Of a stretch of DNA of 64,000 nucleotides, positions 18,170 through 29,107 are shown in pieces (the stretch's first letter is position 1; the number at the start of each line of letters is the position of its first letter). Source of the stretch: a virus; the IMG/VR virus record IMGVR_UViG_3300046170_000301; one strand, written 5' to 3'. Under the pieces are notes generated by a model. The model was not told where the DNA came from. It saw only the letters and a program-made list of their open reading frames with translations, and made no database searches. Made by a program: the position numbers and the translations under genes.

Positions 18170-20425
18170 ATGGCAAAGACATTCTCAAAATTTGGTCTGA
18201 AAAGAAGTTTGAATCTTGGAGATATACCAGATAGAAAGGCAGCGTTAAATAATATCCTAGACAACTTACGAGGGGCAAGAGAAAGTTTTACTTGGGAAGA
18301 CATAGAACTGTTAGGAGATATAAGTTTAACAGAAATAACAACTGAAACATTTACCAGTGCTTCTAATGCTACAGTAAAAAGTATAACTTCAAACGGAACT
18401 CTTCAAATCTATGAACCACTAATTACTTTAGAAAATAGATTTGATAAAGCATACTTCACAACTTCAGAACCTTTCTTTGCTGGTGGTGACGGTTTAACAG
18501 CAAAGTATTATGATAGTAATGCTGTATTACGTCAGACTCCAGAAAATGCTGCATCAAATTTCCTTGGATTTGATACAAATCTACTAGCAAAGACGGATAA
18601 TTTTTGGGAGCGTGGCAACTTTGTATATGATAGTAAAATTATTGTCGAGTTGCTATCTCTTTATGGTGGCGTAGAATGGGAAGGGTATTTCAAACCAAGT
18701 GAAGATGGATTACACAGATTAAGAATAGCCAGTGGCGGATTTGTAAAGATAGAATTTGATGACTTCACAGAAAGTAGAGAATTTACTCTTGATGCTAGCA
18801 ATGGAACATTTAATTATAATAACTATGACTTCACAAAGATGACAGTTCTTGCTGACCAAACAAAGCTAGACCAGTCTACAGATTTAGAAACAGCAGTTGT
18901 TGATGGAACTTCAAATACGATAGGAGACCCAAGAACAATCACCGTAGATTTAGGTTCTCTATCTAAGTGGGAAGCATATAAAATAAGAATCTCATACTTT
19001 ATTGATGAGGCTGCATTAGCACCAGGAGCAGAAGTATCAAAGTCTATCAATGTAAATATTGTTTCTCCTAGTAATCAAACATTTAATGATTTAAATTACA
19101 AAAGACTTTACACAAAAGACTACTTCCAAAACTACGACATTGGAGACTTTAAAGCATTCATTGAAGACTCTATCAGTAAAGGAGGAACAGAAATTGGATT
19201 ACAAGGAACTATTGGTGATACCGTAACAAACTTCAATCCTATTATTTCTTACCACGAGTTTCCAACCTCAACATCACAAATTGAATTAGAAGTAGATGGG
19301 TGTGATGTAGTTTTAGACAGAACTAATATTAAAATATCAAACTCTAGACCAAACTCAACAGAAGATATTGAAGTGGGAAACTTTATTTTTGGTGATGGTA
19401 TTCCTGATGGTTGCAGAGTAACAAAAGTAATTATCAATAATAGCGTTGAAGTTTATCCAGTTCTTACAGGAACATTTAATAATGCAACTTTAACCTTTGT
19501 TAATCATAGAGGTCTTGTTGCTTTTGGTGATGGAGATGTAGCGCAAGATGGCATCACAAACATCACTAATTCAATTAACTTAGCAGATATAAAGAGAGAC
19601 CAAGTTTTACTTTCTTCTGGACTTTCTTCTACATTTGATGATGAAAGAGAGGGAACTACAGGAAACACTTTAACAGGAAGACTAGTAGAAGAATATGATG
19701 GTTCACAAATTGTCTTCAAAGATATTACATCTTCTACTGATATTGGCAATCAAAGATTTTATGTTTATCAATCATTTGGATTGAACAATGATGGATTAGA
19801 TACATTCTGCGTAGGAGTTTATGCAAAGAGAATTAGAGCTGGCGATGGAAACAATGCAGCAAACTTTACCTATACAAACACTGGTGCAACTAATGTTGTT
19901 GTAAAACTTGATGATGTAAATGACTTAACAACTGGGATGTGTGCTCATCTATTCCCAACTATTAACTACGGTTCAAGAGAAGATGGTTCGGTTGATGAAT
20001 TGTTTAGTGAGGTAACTATTACAAATATTTCTGGGAATGATGTTACTCTCACTCATGAGGGAGGTGGTTCTGTATTGATTGCAGATTTAAATTACTTACC
20101 AGATGTAATCACACGAATCACATTCTCACCTACAGATATTAACAAAGAAGTTTGCTTTAGACCAACAGATACTTCGCCACCATTTAGCGCAAGTCCTATT
20201 GGATTAACCACAAACTTTGATGTTGCTATGGTTGATGACTTCACATCAAACGGAGGAGGTAATTTGAATCCTGGTGGTAAAGTTGCATACTTTGCTCTTG
20301 AAATCAATCATAATACTGGAGATGTAGCATCAAACGTATTAACATATTCCAATCAAACAATATCAAACTACTTGCCAATCGAAGATGATGCTGGCAATAC
20401 TTTCTATATGATTTTAGGAGACTGA
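18170..20425 (+). CDS. Virion structural protein with PA14-like segment
   Basis: GDGLTAKYY...GGVEWEGYFKP...YKIRISY resembles PA14; Thr/Asn/Gly-rich beta composition. Confidence 0.6.
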   Translation: MAKTFSKFGLKRSLNLGDIPDRKAALNNILDNLRGARESFTWEDIELLGDISLTEITTETFTSASNATVKSITSNGTLQIYEPLITLENRFDKAYFTTSEPFFAGGDGLTAKYYDSNAVLRQTPENAASNFLGFDTNLLAKTDNFWERGNFVYDSKIIVELLSLYGGVEWEGYFKPSEDGLHRLRIASGGFVKIEFDDFTESREFTLDASNGTFNYNNYDFTKMTVLADQTKLDQSTDLETAVVDGTSNTIGDPRTITVDLGSLSKWEAYKIRISYFIDEAALAPGAEVSKSINVNIVSPSNQTFNDLNYKRLYTKDYFQNYDIGDFKAFIEDSISKGGTEIGLQGTIGDTVTNFNPIISYHEFPTSTSQIELEVDGCDVVLDRTNIKISNSRPNSTEDIEVGNFIFGDGIPDGCRVTKVIINNSVEVYPVLTGTFNNATLTFVNHRGLVAFGDGDVAQDGITNITNSINLADIKRDQVLLSSGLSSTFDDEREGTTGNTLTGRLVEEYDGSQIVFKDITSSTDIGNQRFYVYQSFGLNNDGLDTFCVGVYAKRIRAGDGNNAANFTYTNTGATNVVVKLDDVNDLTTGMCAHLFPTINYGSREDGSVDELFSEVTITNISGNDVTLTHEGGGSVLIADLNYLPDVITRITFSPTDINKEVCFRPTDTSPPFSASPIGLTTNFDVAMVDDFTSNGGGNLNPGGKVAYFALEINHNTGDVASNVLTYSNQTISNYLPIEDDAGNTFYMILGD

Positions 20426-21724
20426 ACTTGCTAACAAGAAATTATACTCTTCTCCGTTAACTATAACTGGTAGTTTATGAGTAAACTTTTGTGGTGGTGT
20501 GAGACCAGTAACAGATTCTACAATAACATTTTGAACCCCGTCCATTGCGATGGGGTTTCCTTTTAATACCATGTTACCAATACTCATTTCTTGATTGGTA
20601 GCAGACCTCCCAGCAATAACAGCATACTCTAATGTTCCAGACGCTTGGTCAAGTTCCCATGGTTGAGTATTATCCGAAAATGCTCTAAGTCTTTGGATAT
20701 TATCTGGGTCTGAACTTGGGTCAATGATAAAAATACCAGGACTATGCTCATCAAATAATTTTTCTGTGCTTGAGTTAAATCCATCAAGGTCAATCGTTCT
20801 AATATTACCACCAACTTTCAAAGGATTGGCATCAAATACATTATCGTTAGACCTCGTATATTTCTTACGTCTAAAATAATCAGCAGCGTCAAGAATAGAT
20901 TCTAAGTAATCAAAGTTATCACCAAAACTTATTCTCAATATATTATTAGAATAATCAAACCCATCATCTTGAAACTCTGGGAGAGAAAGATTTCTCAAAG
21001 ACTGTTGAGTTACTTCATTATTTCTTTCAAAAATTAATGGATAGTTTACTGTAGATGTAATACTTATTGGGTTTACAAGTTGTCCTCTAGTATAACTAGT
21101 TGCTATTTGAAATCTATCAATAGCATTAGACAACACAACAAAATAATCTTGAGTGTAACTCAAAGGATTTGGGAGGGGGAATAAATTACAAATAGCATAT
21201 GGATACCTATCAGTCGAATCAAATGTTCCTGGTTCTTCTCCTTCGTATTCAATGTCTACTAATATTAATGTATTTGTTCCAGCAATTCCGCCAATAGTAT
21301 AATCATTTTCATTGAATCTAATAGTTCCTGGTCCGTCGAAGAATGTATCTCTAAGTCTTACAGTAACTTTTGTGGCAATATCTGTAGTAGTTAACCCATG
21401 AGGTTCATTAAAAGTTACTGTAAGACTGTCATTAACTGAGTTGTAAGTTAGATTACTGATAGACCTACCAGCTTTTAGTTTAATTGGGTCGCCATTTCCA
21501 TAGCAAGCAAGCAAATCAAATCTAAAAATTTTATTGCTAATAATTTCGTTGTTAGGAAGTCCAGGTTTGTATACAACTTTACTAGTATTTTTTGTATTGC
21601 CAGCAAAGACAGAGATATCATCTGATATACTACCACCAGCTAAATTGTTAATAGATTTTACTTCATCTATTGTTTCGGATAGGTTAAAACTTCTAACATA
21701 CCCTTGATTAATTGAAACTGCCAT
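20414..21724 (-). CDS. Virion structural protein (fibre/baseplate-associated)
   Basis: In an operon of large structural ORFs; C-terminal THKLPVIVNGEEY motif shared with neighbours. Confidence 0.55.
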   Translation of the reverse strand: MAVSINQGYVRSFNLSETIDEVKSINNLAGGSISDDISVFAGNTKNTSKVVYKPGLPNNEIISNKIFRFDLLACYGNGDPIKLKAGRSISNLTYNSVNDSLTVTFNEPHGLTTTDIATKVTVRLRDTFFDGPGTIRFNENDYTIGGIAGTNTLILVDIEYEGEEPGTFDSTDRYPYAICNLFPLPNPLSYTQDYFVVLSNAIDRFQIATSYTRGQLVNPISITSTVNYPLIFERNNEVTQQSLRNLSLPEFQDDGFDYSNNILRISFGDNFDYLESILDAADYFRRKKYTRSNDNVFDANPLKVGGNIRTIDLDGFNSSTEKLFDEHSPGIFIIDPSSDPDNIQRLRAFSDNTQPWELDQASGTLEYAVIAGRSATNQEMSIGNMVLKGNPIAMDGVQNVIVESVTGLTPPQKFTHKLPVIVNGEEYNFLLASSVS

Positions 21725-24700
21725 TAGTTATTTACCTGAACTACCCAACCAACATTTCTTAAAAACTCTACCGCAGCAAATCCAGTATATGCATTAGCGT
21801 CAGTTCTTTGAGTTACACTACTGACATTAATTTTTATATGACCGAAATCTGTTTCACCAGCAGAGTTTTTAAACTCAATGACATCACCTGTTTTTAATGT
21901 ATCACCATTACTATAGTTTACCCCACCACTATTTATTGCTGTTACTGAATATGAAGCACTATTATAAATGATTGGCGTGATGTCAGTAATTGTAACTTCA
22001 ACATCATCTCCAGTTGACCCCAAATTAGAACCAGCAATAACAATAACATCACCACTTTCGTAACCAGTTCCACCATCAACTAATGTGCAGTTAGTTACTT
22101 GACCAAATGTAGTACTTTGCGAATCTGTATCCACTGTTACAAGTATTCTAGCACCAGAACCATTTGCTTTTGTTCCATTGTCTTCAAATGTTCCACCTGT
22201 CGTATAGTTTCCATCAGTATTTCCTGGTGCGGTGAATGTTCCAATAGAACTCACAACCTTTTCATCTGCATCTACAGTGACTTGAATATTTGCAGAAATT
22301 CCTTGACCATCTCCTGTATTACCATCATATGTTAAACCAACATTTGTGTATGTTTTTGTGATTGGGAAATAACCACTAGCAACTCCACCAACTCCACCAA
22401 AGTTAGTAATCTCTCCACCAGTAACTGTTGGTTGAGTTGCAATACCAAGACCATTTACAATACCCGTAATAATTGGATATGGTGTTGGAGCTGAATTAGA
22501 ACCAAGAAGATTAATAGTAACTCCTCTTCTAACTACTTTCTGGTAGTTCTTTACCAAATCAAATAGTATATTATCGACTGCACTAGTAGAAAGAATGTTA
22601 GCAGATAAATCTAACTGCTTTAATTTTCTAAGGTTTTCAAACCCACCAACATAATTATCAAATTGATTATTGTTTAAAGAAACATATTGAACATTTGGTA
22701 TTTGATTGCTCAAGAAAGGAAGAGTGCCATCAAAATCATTGGAAGATGCATAAAAATATCCCAGATTAGGAGCACTAAAGTCTGGTGAAATAGATGTTAA
22801 ATCATTTCCACTTACATTAATATAATCTAAAGAGTTTTTAGCGGTATATGCAATGCTACCAACAAAGCTATTGTTATATAAATCAATTCTACTTATACTA
22901 AAAGAAGATGAAAAGTTTGGTAGTGGTCCTGTCCATCCTTCATCAGAAGTTCTGATGTCTCTAAGTTGTGTACATTTTTCTAGGTCTGGGAAGTCTCCAG
23001 TAAATCTTCCTGCTGCATACAACATTAGATTTTGTAGTGTATCTTTAAGTGGAGTAAAAGTATTTCTACCAATTGGACCAGCGAAATTTCCATTGTTTAC
23101 CCTAAGATAGAAAGTAACTACTTCTCTTGCTTGTTCAAAAGTATCATCATATAAACATTTAGTTTCTGTTTGTCCTGGTCTTCCAGCAATAAGTCCATTA
23201 CAATCACTCAAATCAACACTAGATAATCTAGAGTTTCCGATGAACTTGGGAATATATCCACGAACACCAGAACCAATCAATCCCATACCAGTGAGACCAC
23301 TACATCCAGCATACTTATAAGGAGCATCATTAGATGGTTCATTAGCAGAACCTATCACACCATCCCATCCAGTGTAAAAAGACCCAAAGTTCCTAGTGTA
23401 AGCAGCATTAAGAGTTTCTAACGTTGTAATGTTTGCTAGAGTTGGACCAGATAATCCAGTGCTATGTATTCTTAAATAAACAAGTTTCTGACTTACTAAT
23501 GAAAAATTAGTATTGACTAAATTGTAATTATTAGATAAATCTAATCTTTGTAATGACTCTAGTTCCTGAATATTTTTTGTAGTTGAACTTGATGTTCCAG
23601 CACTTCTAAAGTCATTTCCAATAGCATAAAATTCTCTAAGCTTATGAGTATTGCCATCAGAAGTTCCATAGAAATTAGGCAGTTCTCCACTTGGATTTAA
23701 ACTATCTGGATAGAAGTATGGAGATCCTGACCTATTAATATTTAAATACTCAAGGTCTTGAAACTTCTCAAATATACCTTGTTCAATACCACCAAAAAAG
23801 TTACCACGAAAAAATAAAGTTTTTAATGTTGCTGGCAGTCTATCAATAACATTTTGATTTAATTTTGTGTAATCTCTATCAGCACCATTATAAAAAGGAT
23901 TGTTATTAATATTAAAGTATTCTAAATTAGGAGCAAAAAAATTAATGTCTGGAAAATCTGTAATACCGTTATTATAAAAATCTAATCTATCAAGATTGTT
24001 AAGTCGTACTCTTGGTATTTCTTGAATATTTGTGTCTACAATTTCTAATCTAGTGATGACATCTGGACTATAGTAAACTTCAATATATCTTTCTGCAGAA
24101 AATGGTGACCTATAATCTAAAATAGATTGATTGTCACTACCAATGTTTTCAAAATCTTCATTACCACCAATGCCATCAGTTCTATAAAGTCTCCAACTTA
24201 CCTTTCTACCAAGAACCTGATTGAAATCAACAACACCATGAAAATTTCTAAAGAATCCTTTGAACTTCAAAGGAATACCTTTCATAGCATAGATGTATTT
24301 TGTTTCTCCGTTAAGATTTATTTTAATTCTATGAGTTGGGACTTCAGAATCAAACTTTTTCTCAGTAGCAACTGTTGTTGTTTTTATTTTGCCAGCTTTT
24401 AATGTGCCTCCAATTTCTACGTCAGCACCATAGATAATAGTATCACCAATAGTGCTCCAAGAACTAACTCTTGATGTAGAAATGTCTCCCCACTTTAGTT
24501 TTGGTGTAGCATCATTCGTATCAATAAGAGTATATCTAAATGCAGTAGAATTGATACTACCAGATACTTCTAAGTTTCCACGTAATTGGAAATCTACTCC
24601 CCCAGAATCAGATAAACTACTTTGATACGTAGAAACATCATTAATATATCTATCAAAAGTTCTCCAAACTGGGGAGGTTAAATTAGATATAGTTTGTAAA

Positions 24701-24894
24701 TCATTTGAATCAAATACAGAACCTTCGTTAATATTTTCTGGGTCAGCATCTTCAGCAGTAGTTGAAATACCTCTAATGATTTCAAGGTCATCAATATTCA
24801 AATCAAGATTTTCTAGTGCCAGTCTTCTATCAGGAACATCTGCTAGAGAAAGTGGAACTGCTATACCAAAAATTCTATTATTCTTAATAGCCAT
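21724..24894 (-). CDS. Leucine-rich-repeat virion/fibre protein
   Basis: Many LxxLxLxxN repeats (LNNLDRLDFYNNGI, LESLQRLDLSNNYNL, LRKLKQLDLSANIL), then Gly-rich GGTGYESGD repeats. Confidence 0.7.
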   Translation of the reverse strand: MAIKNNRIFGIAVPLSLADVPDRRLALENLDLNIDDLEIIRGISTTAEDADPENINEGSVFDSNDLQTISNLTSPVWRTFDRYINDVSTYQSSLSDSGGVDFQLRGNLEVSGSINSTAFRYTLIDTNDATPKLKWGDISTSRVSSWSTIGDTIIYGADVEIGGTLKAGKIKTTTVATEKKFDSEVPTHRIKINLNGETKYIYAMKGIPLKFKGFFRNFHGVVDFNQVLGRKVSWRLYRTDGIGGNEDFENIGSDNQSILDYRSPFSAERYIEVYYSPDVITRLEIVDTNIQEIPRVRLNNLDRLDFYNNGITDFPDINFFAPNLEYFNINNNPFYNGADRDYTKLNQNVIDRLPATLKTLFFRGNFFGGIEQGIFEKFQDLEYLNINRSGSPYFYPDSLNPSGELPNFYGTSDGNTHKLREFYAIGNDFRSAGTSSSTTKNIQELESLQRLDLSNNYNLVNTNFSLVSQKLVYLRIHSTGLSGPTLANITTLETLNAAYTRNFGSFYTGWDGVIGSANEPSNDAPYKYAGCSGLTGMGLIGSGVRGYIPKFIGNSRLSSVDLSDCNGLIAGRPGQTETKCLYDDTFEQAREVVTFYLRVNNGNFAGPIGRNTFTPLKDTLQNLMLYAAGRFTGDFPDLEKCTQLRDIRTSDEGWTGPLPNFSSSFSISRIDLYNNSFVGSIAYTAKNSLDYINVSGNDLTSISPDFSAPNLGYFYASSNDFDGTLPFLSNQIPNVQYVSLNNNQFDNYVGGFENLRKLKQLDLSANILSTSAVDNILFDLVKNYQKVVRRGVTINLLGSNSAPTPYPIITGIVNGLGIATQPTVTGGEITNFGGVGGVASGYFPITKTYTNVGLTYDGNTGDGQGISANIQVTVDADEKVVSSIGTFTAPGNTDGNYTTGGTFEDNGTKANGSGARILVTVDTDSQSTTFGQVTNCTLVDGGTGYESGDVIVIAGSNLGSTGDDVEVTITDITPIIYNSASYSVTAINSGGVNYSNGDTLKTGDVIEFKNSAGETDFGHIKINVSSVTQRTDANAYTGFAAVEFLRNVGWVVQVNN

Positions 24895-24898
24895 ATTT

Positions 24899-27800
24899 TT
24901 ACTGCTGTTCTATGTAAGTTAGTGTAGCCTGAACTTCAGTTGATGCTGGTTCTTTTGAAGTTGCTATAAAGAAGTATGCTGTAGTATTTAGAAGGTCTGG
25001 TGTAATGGTTTCTTTTTCAAAGTCAAATATATTATCCAAAGAAATAGTCTTTGTATCTTGACCAACATATAGTTTATCAATTACTTCATATGGTCTTAGT
25101 TGAGATTCATTTTGAACATCAACTAATGCAGAAGATAATCTATCATTATCAGTAAAGTTTGGAGGAGCATCAGTAAGGTTGCCAGTTGTTGTTTTAGTAT
25201 CTCCAATAGGACCAACTTCAATGCCAGTGGTGTCAATAGTCATGTTATTAGTAACAATCCATCTTGGATTATATGTATTAGTTACTTGACCAACTTCTTT
25301 AATAATTGGTCCATTAATTCTAGCACCATCTCTAGATTCAATAAAGAAATACAGTGGATATGGATTAAAGTTTAGTGCCTTGGTTAAAAGTTTTCTGAAT
25401 GTTTCAAGACTGACTGGTATATACCAAACAGTAATATCAGTTAACTGGTCTGTTGCTGCTTGATAAAGTTTACCAGATAGTTCTATAAGTTGATAAGTTA
25501 CTAAGTTTCCTTCTTCGTTTGTGCTAAACGTAATAACATCCGAATTAAAATATACACCAGCACCAACATTAGGAGCTTCATCACTTCCAGTAGGGTCTGC
25601 TGAATTAAATCCAACTTCAGCATTCTGTGGATTAAATGTGAATGGGAAAGAAGAAGACCTCACATACCATTTATTAACATCGAATGATGGATAGACTGCT
25701 TGAATATCTGCTACAGGAAGTTCACTTCCTTTTACTTGTTTACATGCAATAAACTGAGCATCGTTAACAGTGATGTTGACAAACTGACATCTACCTGTAT
25801 TTGAACCAGGAGGTGATGGTATACGATAATCTACAGTAAATGCAGGGGTTCTACCAAAATTTGTTTCCCCAATTTCATACCCATCCACATCCCTAGCAAT
25901 AGCTTCAGAAAAACTTTCTGCGTATAGTTTATAGTCATCGGTAAACTCTGTTGAATTTCCTTGCTGGTCAAACCAATTAATACCACCAGTTCCATCAGAA
26001 ACTGGTTTCAATGATGTAACCCCAACACGCCAATCTGCATATTGTCCATTGGAATATGTTCCAACATCCCTAGCACTAGCACCAATAAACAATAAACTAT
26101 TTTTTCTACCAACAACAGGAATACCAGATGCTGCTAGAGCAGTATATTGAGATAATCTACCAGCAAACTCTACTGGATAATTCACAATAGTATCAAAACC
26201 AGCTCTATATGTTTCTGGTATTTCCCTATCAATTAAATACTCAGTTGCTACTAAATCTTGTAGTCCTCCAGTGGCATTAGGATTAATAGTTTGTAGTTCT
26301 GCTGTTGTATATCGTGGTTCTAGACCAGAAATATCTTCTAAAGTAGAGTCATCAAAGTCTCCAATATAAGTATTCCATATTCTATTTGCAATTATTTTTG
26401 AGAAATAATCTTTTTGTAAAAATACTGGTTGAATTTCAACATCACCTGATACACTACCAGTCAATGTATTATTCAAAATAATAACATTCCCAGCAATTTG
26501 TTGAATGATAGTGTCTGCTGGTATAGATACATTTGTTTGATTAGGGTCTACAATATCACCCGCTCTTAGAAAATCAACATTATCTAGAGTTATAGTATTA
26601 GAATCAGAATTTGTAGCAGATTTTACTAGTTGTTTCAGTTCAACTTTTGTTCTATCAAATCCACCTACGATAGGAGGGAATGCAAAGAATCTTTCTGTTC
26701 CGTTGTATCCTGCTTCTAAGTTTGGTTGATAAGCGTAACCAAACCCAGGACATGATTTACATTTCACAATAGTAATTTCAGACAAACCATCAGAAGATAC
26801 AGAAAGTTCTTTAGGAAAAATAGATTGTTTGTTTTTAATATTCTTACCCAAAGAATTATTGATTACTGATTTTGGTTGAATTGCAACAAGAGTAGTGGAA
26901 CGTTGTGCTCCTTCTACCGTTTCAACTGGAGCGGTTTTTGGATTTGATGTAGCAGATGCTACTTTAACAGTTCCTTCATCGCCGCCATCAATATAGCAAC
27001 TAGTTCCATACTTGTAGATATACTGAGGTGTTCTTACATTAAGATAATCATTTACAATCAATGAATATTTAAACTTATAATAAGGGTCTCCCATGCATGG
27101 TTGACCTAGTTGATTCTCAATGACTAGACGATGAAGTTTAACCCACCTAGCGTCTCCACCACCAATAGGAACATAAGCATAAAACTGAACACCAATAGCA
27201 CCATACCAACCAAACTCAATTTTATACATGGTTACATTTTCTGCAACCCAGTTATACCCACTAGGTCCATTGCCATTTAATGGGTCGCCATTCCATCTGT
27301 CTCTGGTGATAACAGTTTCATATACTTCTCTATCTTCTAGACCAGTAAATACTGTATTATTTTGAGTATCTTTTGTAATTAAAACTTGGTCTTCTGGTAA
27401 CAGTTGATTCTTTGCTAAAACCTCATCGCTAAGAGGGACAACACTCCTTCTAACAATACTAAAGTTAGAACCTCTAATCTGAAACACTAAATCGTCAGTA
27501 TCATTTCCGATACCCCATTCAATAATGACATTGTTATCATCTCTTGCATCATTAGATGCCCTAACACCAAAAGTATATCCACTAATTCTTCCTGGTTGAT
27601 ATCTAAATGCTTTTCTAGATTCTAGATATGCTCTTGATACTTGATTAGTTGCATATCCTGGTCTTGAATTTTGATAAACATTAATATCATCTCCAGTTAA
27701 ATTAAGTGCTTGGACAATAAACTTTTGGACCAAAGCATTAGCATTTACTTCATCAGAATCAAATGGAACACCATTTAATTTATCAAAAGAGTTTCTACCA

Positions 27801-29104
27801 ATGTCTCTCCATGTTTCTGTCCACGTATCTACCTGTGCAAAGAATGCAGCGGAATCTGCATATGCAGGATTAAGTGGCGTCAACATGTTAGAGAAAAACG
27901 CATCCGATGATCCGAATGTCATATCAGATACGATTCTAGCAGTAGTATTACTACTAACTCCTTCAATAGGAATCTCTTCTAAATCTCCTTCATCCAAAAT
28001 TAATCCAATTTCTTCATTAAAATGAAGAACTTTATCCTCCATTCTATACTGTCTTACTGTTCCTATAATTTCTTGTGTATCAGTTCTTCTAATTTGTTCT
28101 CCAGTAACAAAATTATTAATTAAATAGTCCTGTTCGTTAATTGTTTGAAATACTGCATTACTGCCAGTTACAACAGTATCTAATGTTACATGATTAGGAA
28201 TATAAGGAAGGAAGTTTTGAGAGTATCCAAAGTCAACATCTTTGTATTCATCATAAAGTAATGCACCAATTTTTAAGAAATTATTAAATCTTCGATAACT
28301 TTCAGCAGAGTATCCTTGTTCAAAATCTGGGCCATAAGGATATGAATACGGAGTTCTGAATGTCTCTAGAATGATTGCAGATTCTTCTTTTGCTTCTCTG
28401 TATCTAGAACGGAAATGATTTCCATAAACTCTATTTTTCCTAGTTGCCCAAGATGCTGGTTGATATGTACTACCGTCATTACGATAAAAAAGAAACTCAT
28501 CATCATCCAACCCATAACTAGAAACATTAGAAAATAATCCTAACTGTTCTTCTGCTTTTGGATATCCAAGAATAGTTGTGCTGACTTCACTAAACGCAGC
28601 AAACTGTTCTTCAACTGGAAATGTTGGGTCTACTTTCAATGAAGAAAGTTTAATAAGTTCACCAAAAAGAGATGAGTTTGAAGTTACTGATTGTGCTAAC
28701 TTACAAGAATCTTCTCCAGTAACTTCTAATACTTTTCTAGTTTCATATACTTTCATAGAACCTTCAAGTCCAGTAGGAAGAAGAAGTTTATCTCCAGAAG
28801 AAATTTCAGATATAAATGCTCCAGTTCCTGCTTCTGCTGTAACAATATCTCCAGTTACAGAAAAGTTTCTACCAGTTAGTTTTATATTTGTTACCTTAGT
28901 ATAAGAAGGTTCATCCGTAAAAACTACTGACGTTGCTTTTTCTGCTGTTGCTTCAGAAGCAAGAACAATATCTTCAGTAGATACAAGTGGCGTTCCACCT
29001 TCATCAAATAATGGTTGTCCAGTTTGTAAATTGTATATGGGCACATTAGCGGAGGTGATAGGAGCTGGTCTCCTATCATGCCCGATTTTAATCTCTTTCG
29101 CCAT
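24899..29104 (-). CDS. Large virion structural protein (1401 aa)
   Basis: FRYQPGRIS, VTMYKIEFGWYGAIG and YIDGGDEG motifs; paralog of 29108-32743. Confidence 0.65.
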   Translation of the reverse strand: MAKEIKIGHDRRPAPITSANVPIYNLQTGQPLFDEGGTPLVSTEDIVLASEATAEKATSVVFTDEPSYTKVTNIKLTGRNFSVTGDIVTAEAGTGAFISEISSGDKLLLPTGLEGSMKVYETRKVLEVTGEDSCKLAQSVTSNSSLFGELIKLSSLKVDPTFPVEEQFAAFSEVSTTILGYPKAEEQLGLFSNVSSYGLDDDEFLFYRNDGSTYQPASWATRKNRVYGNHFRSRYREAKEESAIILETFRTPYSYPYGPDFEQGYSAESYRRFNNFLKIGALLYDEYKDVDFGYSQNFLPYIPNHVTLDTVVTGSNAVFQTINEQDYLINNFVTGEQIRRTDTQEIIGTVRQYRMEDKVLHFNEEIGLILDEGDLEEIPIEGVSSNTTARIVSDMTFGSSDAFFSNMLTPLNPAYADSAAFFAQVDTWTETWRDIGRNSFDKLNGVPFDSDEVNANALVQKFIVQALNLTGDDINVYQNSRPGYATNQVSRAYLESRKAFRYQPGRISGYTFGVRASNDARDDNNVIIEWGIGNDTDDLVFQIRGSNFSIVRRSVVPLSDEVLAKNQLLPEDQVLITKDTQNNTVFTGLEDREVYETVITRDRWNGDPLNGNGPSGYNWVAENVTMYKIEFGWYGAIGVQFYAYVPIGGGDARWVKLHRLVIENQLGQPCMGDPYYKFKYSLIVNDYLNVRTPQYIYKYGTSCYIDGGDEGTVKVASATSNPKTAPVETVEGAQRSTTLVAIQPKSVINNSLGKNIKNKQSIFPKELSVSSDGLSEITIVKCKSCPGFGYAYQPNLEAGYNGTERFFAFPPIVGGFDRTKVELKQLVKSATNSDSNTITLDNVDFLRAGDIVDPNQTNVSIPADTIIQQIAGNVIILNNTLTGSVSGDVEIQPVFLQKDYFSKIIANRIWNTYIGDFDDSTLEDISGLEPRYTTAELQTINPNATGGLQDLVATEYLIDREIPETYRAGFDTIVNYPVEFAGRLSQYTALAASGIPVVGRKNSLLFIGASARDVGTYSNGQYADWRVGVTSLKPVSDGTGGINWFDQQGNSTEFTDDYKLYAESFSEAIARDVDGYEIGETNFGRTPAFTVDYRIPSPPGSNTGRCQFVNITVNDAQFIACKQVKGSELPVADIQAVYPSFDVNKWYVRSSSFPFTFNPQNAEVGFNSADPTGSDEAPNVGAGVYFNSDVITFSTNEEGNLVTYQLIELSGKLYQAATDQLTDITVWYIPVSLETFRKLLTKALNFNPYPLYFFIESRDGARINGPIIKEVGQVTNTYNPRWIVTNNMTIDTTGIEVGPIGDTKTTTGNLTDAPPNFTDNDRLSSALVDVQNESQLRPYEVIDKLYVGQDTKTISLDNIFDFEKETITPDLLNTTAYFFIATSKEPASTEVQATLTYIEQQ

Positions 29105-29107
29105 TTA

